From: Candidatus Poribacteria bacterium
GTDB taxonomy: Bacteria; Poribacteria; WGA-4E; WGA-3G
Assembly (NCBI GenBank): GCA_965215265.1
Contig: OZ244048.1
Location: 992,001-1,056,000 of the forward strand
DNA length: 64,000 nucleotides
Reading direction: 5' to 3'
The notes beneath the pieces were generated by a model. That model was given only the letters and a program-made list of their open reading frames with translations, was not told the DNA's origin and did not search any database. Below, piece after piece: positions 60,322 to 64,000 of this stretch. A program made the position numbers and the translations under genes. Positions within the stretch are counted from its first letter, which is position 1, and each line of letters starts with the position of its first letter.

Positions 60322-60484
60322 AGTTTAGCAAAAACTGCAAACTTTGTCAAGGTAAATTCGTAAGATGGGCTTGAAAAATTCACCCACTTCGGATTTTCTC
60401 AAATAATTATACAAAAATTCTCTATTTTTGTCAAGAGAAAACTTAGTTTGAAGATAAGTTTACCAGAATTTAAAACGTTGTCAA
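60322..60484 (-). promoter_or_regulatory. Three tandem sigma70 promoters
   Basis: TTGACA-17-TAAACT (60350-60322), TTGACA-17-TATAAT (60434-60406), TTGACA-16-TAAACT (60484-60457). Confidence 0.8.
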
Positions 60485-60941
60485 GAGAAAAAAGGTACAC
60501 GTTTTCCCAAATTCGGTTTAGTGACACGTATAACGACTTGTGCTAGTTCGTTTTTTTGTTATACGCTATTTGAGAAATTGATGGCTTCATTCGCTTTGGG
60601 TGACAGTATACCTTAGCAGCAGCGGTGGTGCAACTGAAAATAAACCATGCACCTTTAAGTAACGTTGCCGGTGTTTGTCAGAATATCAGGAAAACGTTTT
60701 ATGGGACTGACTTTCCAACAGCCGCGGTGTGCTGTCCTCCACCCTCGAAATCAACAAAGAAAATATGCATGTATTTTTAGGCGTTACTATAACTAGCGCA
60801 AATCTTAAATATAGTATACCATCATTGAAAATAAAAAGCAAATTTTTCGGATCTGTTTTCAAAAAAGGCTTTTTTGGCATAAGTGTCTGCCTATAGTTAT
60901 TGGCATAAATTTGCTTAGACAGATTTGAAAACTTACCCATT

Positions 60942-61910
60942 TTAATCAAAAAATGTCATTTGCTCACTGGAGACATCATCGATTTGCTTTTCTAAAAGTT
61001 CAGGATGCTTTAAAGCCTCTACAACGTTGGCGGCTTCATTTAGCAAAAACGGCTGCGCGCCGGTATTTATCAGTTCTCGCGGTCCCTCACTGAATTCGTG
61101 CTGCGTTTCCCATTGACAGGCAAATACCGGACATCCTTGGCGCCGTGCGTAGCGCGCCGTGTGCATCGCCCCCCCTGTTTTCTGTGATTCGACGACGATT
61201 GTTGCGATAGAAAGGCCACTGATAATCCGATTCCGCAGAATAAAATTGCCGGGCGACAGCGGAGTCGGAAACGGATGCTCTGAAAAAAGACAGCCCGTCT
61301 CACAAATTCGCGCAGCGAGCTCGCTATTTGTAGGCGGATAAAAAGATTTTGGTGACAAATCTGTCGGCAGCACTGCCACGGTTTTTCCATCTACTGCTAA
61401 TGCTGCATAGTGGGCATTCGTATCAATCCCATCTGCGAGCCCGCTCACAACGGTAAATCCGGAGAGAACGAGGTATGTGGCAAGTTCCAGCGTTAACTGA
61501 ATCCCAGCACTTGTCGGCTGCCTACACCCAACAATTGCAACACATCGCTCGTCGACTTCCGATACTTTGCCGACTCTACACAGAATTGCGGGTGCATCAG
61601 GGACAGCCTTGAGCTGCGCGGGGTAAGTGCGATCTTCAAGACAGAGTACCTCTATATCTTGGCTATTCAGCGTTTGTAGTTTCTCTTGTAACGTTGAGAA
61701 TTTTCGTGACACGGTAAGTATCCGTGTCGCTAAAACAGGATTGAAGGACGGCAATTGTGCGATTTCGGCTAACTCCGCCTCAAAAATGTTCGCTACACTT
61801 CCGAAACGTGCTATCAGCCGTTTTATCCGAATGCTACCGAGTCCATCAACGGAAGCAAGTGCGAACCAGTATTCCAATCGAGCTTTCTCTTTTGCGTGCG
61901 ACATACTCAT
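60942..61910 (-). CDS. dprA: DNA-processing protein DprA
   Basis: YPAQLK...DAP..L, VAIVG.R, VSGLADGID..AH, F..RNRIISGLS, GGAMHTA..A..QG. Confidence 0.92.
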   Translation of the reverse strand: MSMSHAKEKARLEYWFALASVDGLGSIRIKRLIARFGSVANIFEAELAEIAQLPSFNPVLATRILTVSRKFSTLQEKLQTLNSQDIEVLCLEDRTYPAQLKAVPDAPAILCRVGKVSEVDERCVAIVGCRQPTSAGIQLTLELATYLVLSGFTVVSGLADGIDTNAHYAALAVDGKTVAVLPTDLSPKSFYPPTNSELAARICETGCLFSEHPFPTPLSPGNFILRNRIISGLSIATIVVESQKTGGAMHTARYARRQGCPVFACQWETQHEFSEGPRELINTGAQPFLLNEAANVVEALKHPELLEKQIDDVSSEQMTFFD

Positions 61911-62119
61911 TCATATCGTGTAACTATAGTAATTACGAGCAAATTTTGCAACACCAAATCCCAGAATTATCCTTTTTATAGTCGTGCAGGCATTAATATC
62001 GGCAAAAAACGCACTCAGGTTTTCCAGCAATAGTTTGGCACAGGTTCCCAGACAAGCGCCTGCCTTCTAGTGCACCATAGAAAACAGTGTAGCATAATAG
62101 TGAAATCAATTCAACAAAA

Positions 62120-64000
62120 TTAGACTCCTAACCAATATCGACATTTAATCAAAAAGATGTTCTTTCCGTCATCGGTAAAAGTGCTCCGCAATCGGTGCAA
62201 GGGACGAAATTCCAAATCGGCTTCACCAATCTGTTCTAGGGCTGCCTCTCGCGATTGCGCCCACACTACAAACAGTGTGCTCCCAGGACGAAATTCCCAG
62301 CGGAGTACGGTATTGCCACGCAGTGACCTGCGCTGGAAATCACGATTCTCATTCAATGGGTAAGGTTTGAATTGATAAGACTTGGGTTCTACCAATTCCT
62401 TGAAGTTGGTATAATCCCCTACGGTAATGAAGGGTTGCAAGTAGAACTGTAGGCTGAGTGTTGGAGTAAAACTGATGTTCGCGCGTGTGCTGAAGTCAAG
62501 CGTTCGATTTTCTAATTCTCCATAGACGTAGTGTTTTTTTATTTTACCGCTGATATTTTCTTCAATCAAATCAACCCACTGTGCATCGTTCATCTGATAA
62601 CTATAACTCGGTCCTATGCGTAACTCAACGTTAGATGCTGGCCGAATCCGAAGGGAGATATTCAAATTGTAGTCATACGAACTTCTATCGTCATTCCAAG
62701 CGAAAACAGGGTTCAATTCCAATTGAACCATTTTACGGCTATCTGTCGAAAGCCGTGTGAAGACCCACCAGCCTGCAGGGTTCTTAATCAGCGTTCCGCC
62801 GCGCCTTACGTCATCATCATTGAACGATTCCAAGTTACGACCGATCCAAAGATCGTAGTCCCAATAGTTTTTCAATCGGCCGTCTGTCCATATCTCAGAG
62901 TATCGGCTGATACTCACCCTGTTATAATTCCATGTGCGCCAACCGTAAAGCCCAAAAACAACGCGTCGGAAGATGCTAAACGGCTTCTCCTTTCGTGCTG
63001 TAAAATCATAATTCCACTCTATCATATCGGCACGACGACGGTATCCGAGGTCGTTTATCTCTAAATCAGGAGAGAGTGCTCTAAAATCGGTATCAAACCT
63101 TAGCCATCCGCCATGTTTATCAATTTCCAGGTGTGCAAGGTAACCTGATTTACGAGCATCGAGTTCTCCAGCTTGACTCGCAGCGACAGTGCCGGTAATC
63201 TGGTACCGGTCCTTCGCGAATTTCAGATCCCAATCCAAACCGCCGACATAAGCAGAATGGGACGCTTGTCGATTAACAGTTGTCATTATCAAACCGATGT
63301 TGGAATTGCCTTTAAGCACATCTTGCTTGACTCTACCTACAAAGTAGTTGGTTAGGGGTTCAATGAGGTAATCCAGCGTGTTATCTGCCTGTTTAATCTG
63401 TGCGTATTCTGGTGCTGTGACGGCCTCCATGATGCCGAAGGAGGTTTTGCTATTGGTTCTCCCGACAATCTTTGCGGCTCCTAGAATCGTTGTAGAATCT
63501 GGTCTGTTGATTTCCTCTGCCTCTTTGGGGAGTTTAAAATGCCCCGGTCTCCGCCCGATACGTCGGGAATAAAAGAAATTATAGTCGCTGCTTCCGAAGA
63601 TGGATGCCCCTTTGACAAAAAAGGGGCGCCGTTCGTTGAAATACTCTTCATAAGCCGAGAGATTTAGCGTGGCGGGGTCCGCTTCAACCTGCCCAAAATC
63701 GGGGTTGACCGTGGCATTGAGCGTTATGCCCGATGTAAGCCCGTATTGTACGTCGGTGCCAACATTTGCCCACAACGCCGTTTTGCTATTGAGAGTTGTT
63801 CTGCCCATTATATAAGGCACAAGTTCCAAATGGCGAGACGGATGGATATCTTTGATGCCGGTGAGGTCACCGAATCGGGACACCCAGCCGGGCTCACCGC
63901 GCTTGATGAGTCGCCACTGGTCATTTTCTTTTCTCCGGCTAATATCCCGCTGCACCTGTAGCCCCCAAATGTACTCATCTTTTGGTGCAAAACGTAATAC
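62120..64000 (-). CDS. DUF5916-type outer-membrane/carbohydrate-binding protein (5' end outside the window)
   Basis: LNATVNPDFGQVEAD...NLS.YE.YF.ERRPFF, FYSRRIG, beta-barrel-like C-terminus ending YW. Confidence 0.8.
   Translation of the reverse strand, partial: VLRFAPKDEYIWGLQVQRDISRRKENDQWRLIKRGEPGWVSRFGDLTGIKDIHPSRHLELVPYIMGRTTLNSKTALWANVGTDVQYGLTSGITLNATVNPDFGQVEADPATLNLSAYEEYFNERRPFFVKGASIFGSSDYNFFYSRRIGRRPGHFKLPKEAEEINRPDSTTILGAAKIVGRTNSKTSFGIMEAVTAPEYAQIKQADNTLDYLIEPLTNYFVGRVKQDVLKGNSNIGLIMTTVNRQASHSAYVGGLDWDLKFAKDRYQITGTVAASQAGELDARKSGYLAHLEIDKHGGWLRFDTDFRALSPDLEINDLGYRRRADMIEWNYDFTARKEKPFSIFRRVVFGLYGWRTWNYNRVSISRYSEIWTDGRLKNYWDYDLWIGRNLESFNDDDVRRGGTLIKNPAGWWVFTRLSTDSRKMVQLELNPVFAWNDDRSSYDYNLNISLRIRPASNVELRIGPSYSYQMNDAQWVDLIEENISGKIKKHYVYGELENRTLDFSTRANISFTPTLSLQFYLQPFITVGDYTNFKELVEPKSYQFKPYPLNENRDFQRRSLRGNTVLRWEFRPGSTLFVVWAQSREAALEQIGEADLEFRPLHRLRSTFTDDGKNIFLIKCRYWLGV

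Noticed and set aside
1-64000. DGR template repeat or reverse transcriptase inside the window
   Set aside because: No RT-like ORF and no AAC-rich non-coding copy of the variable region seen by eye; the aacaacaac at ~44717 lies within rng.

Overview
Bacterial chromosomal window. The gene mix (PhyH, LamG, FGE-domain and TPR proteins, sulfatase, form II cox genes) suggests a sponge symbiont such as Candidatus Poribacteria; this is inference only. Bases 1-16.8 kb form a recombining cassette locus: seven tandem non-catalytic FGE-sulfatase (C-type-lectin fold) genes interleaved with whole, truncated and fused dynamin-like GTPase genes. The 3' ends of the seven lectin-fold genes vary mostly at codon positions 1-2 with a fixed third base (NNC/NNT), which is the signature of diversity-generating retroelement (DGR) adenine mutagenesis. 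No template repeat or reverse transcriptase is visible here, so they look like remote DGR targets. At 26.3-27.5 kb two ORFs join through an in-frame UGA (SC-U-G) followed by a bacterial SECIS-like hairpin, giving a secreted homologue of animal selenoprotein N. The rest is mostly metabolic or housekeeping: M29 aminopeptidase, coxSLM-like genes, UvrD-exonuclease fusion, orphan HsdS, sulfatase, uxuA, moeB, a kinase plus PorX-like regulator, rng, rplU-rpmA, guaA, ECF sigma/anti-sigma/giant TPR protein and dprA. A dispersed ~60-nt intergenic repeat family occurs at 42-49 kb, and a triple sigma70 promoter with a long structured leader lies near 60 kb.
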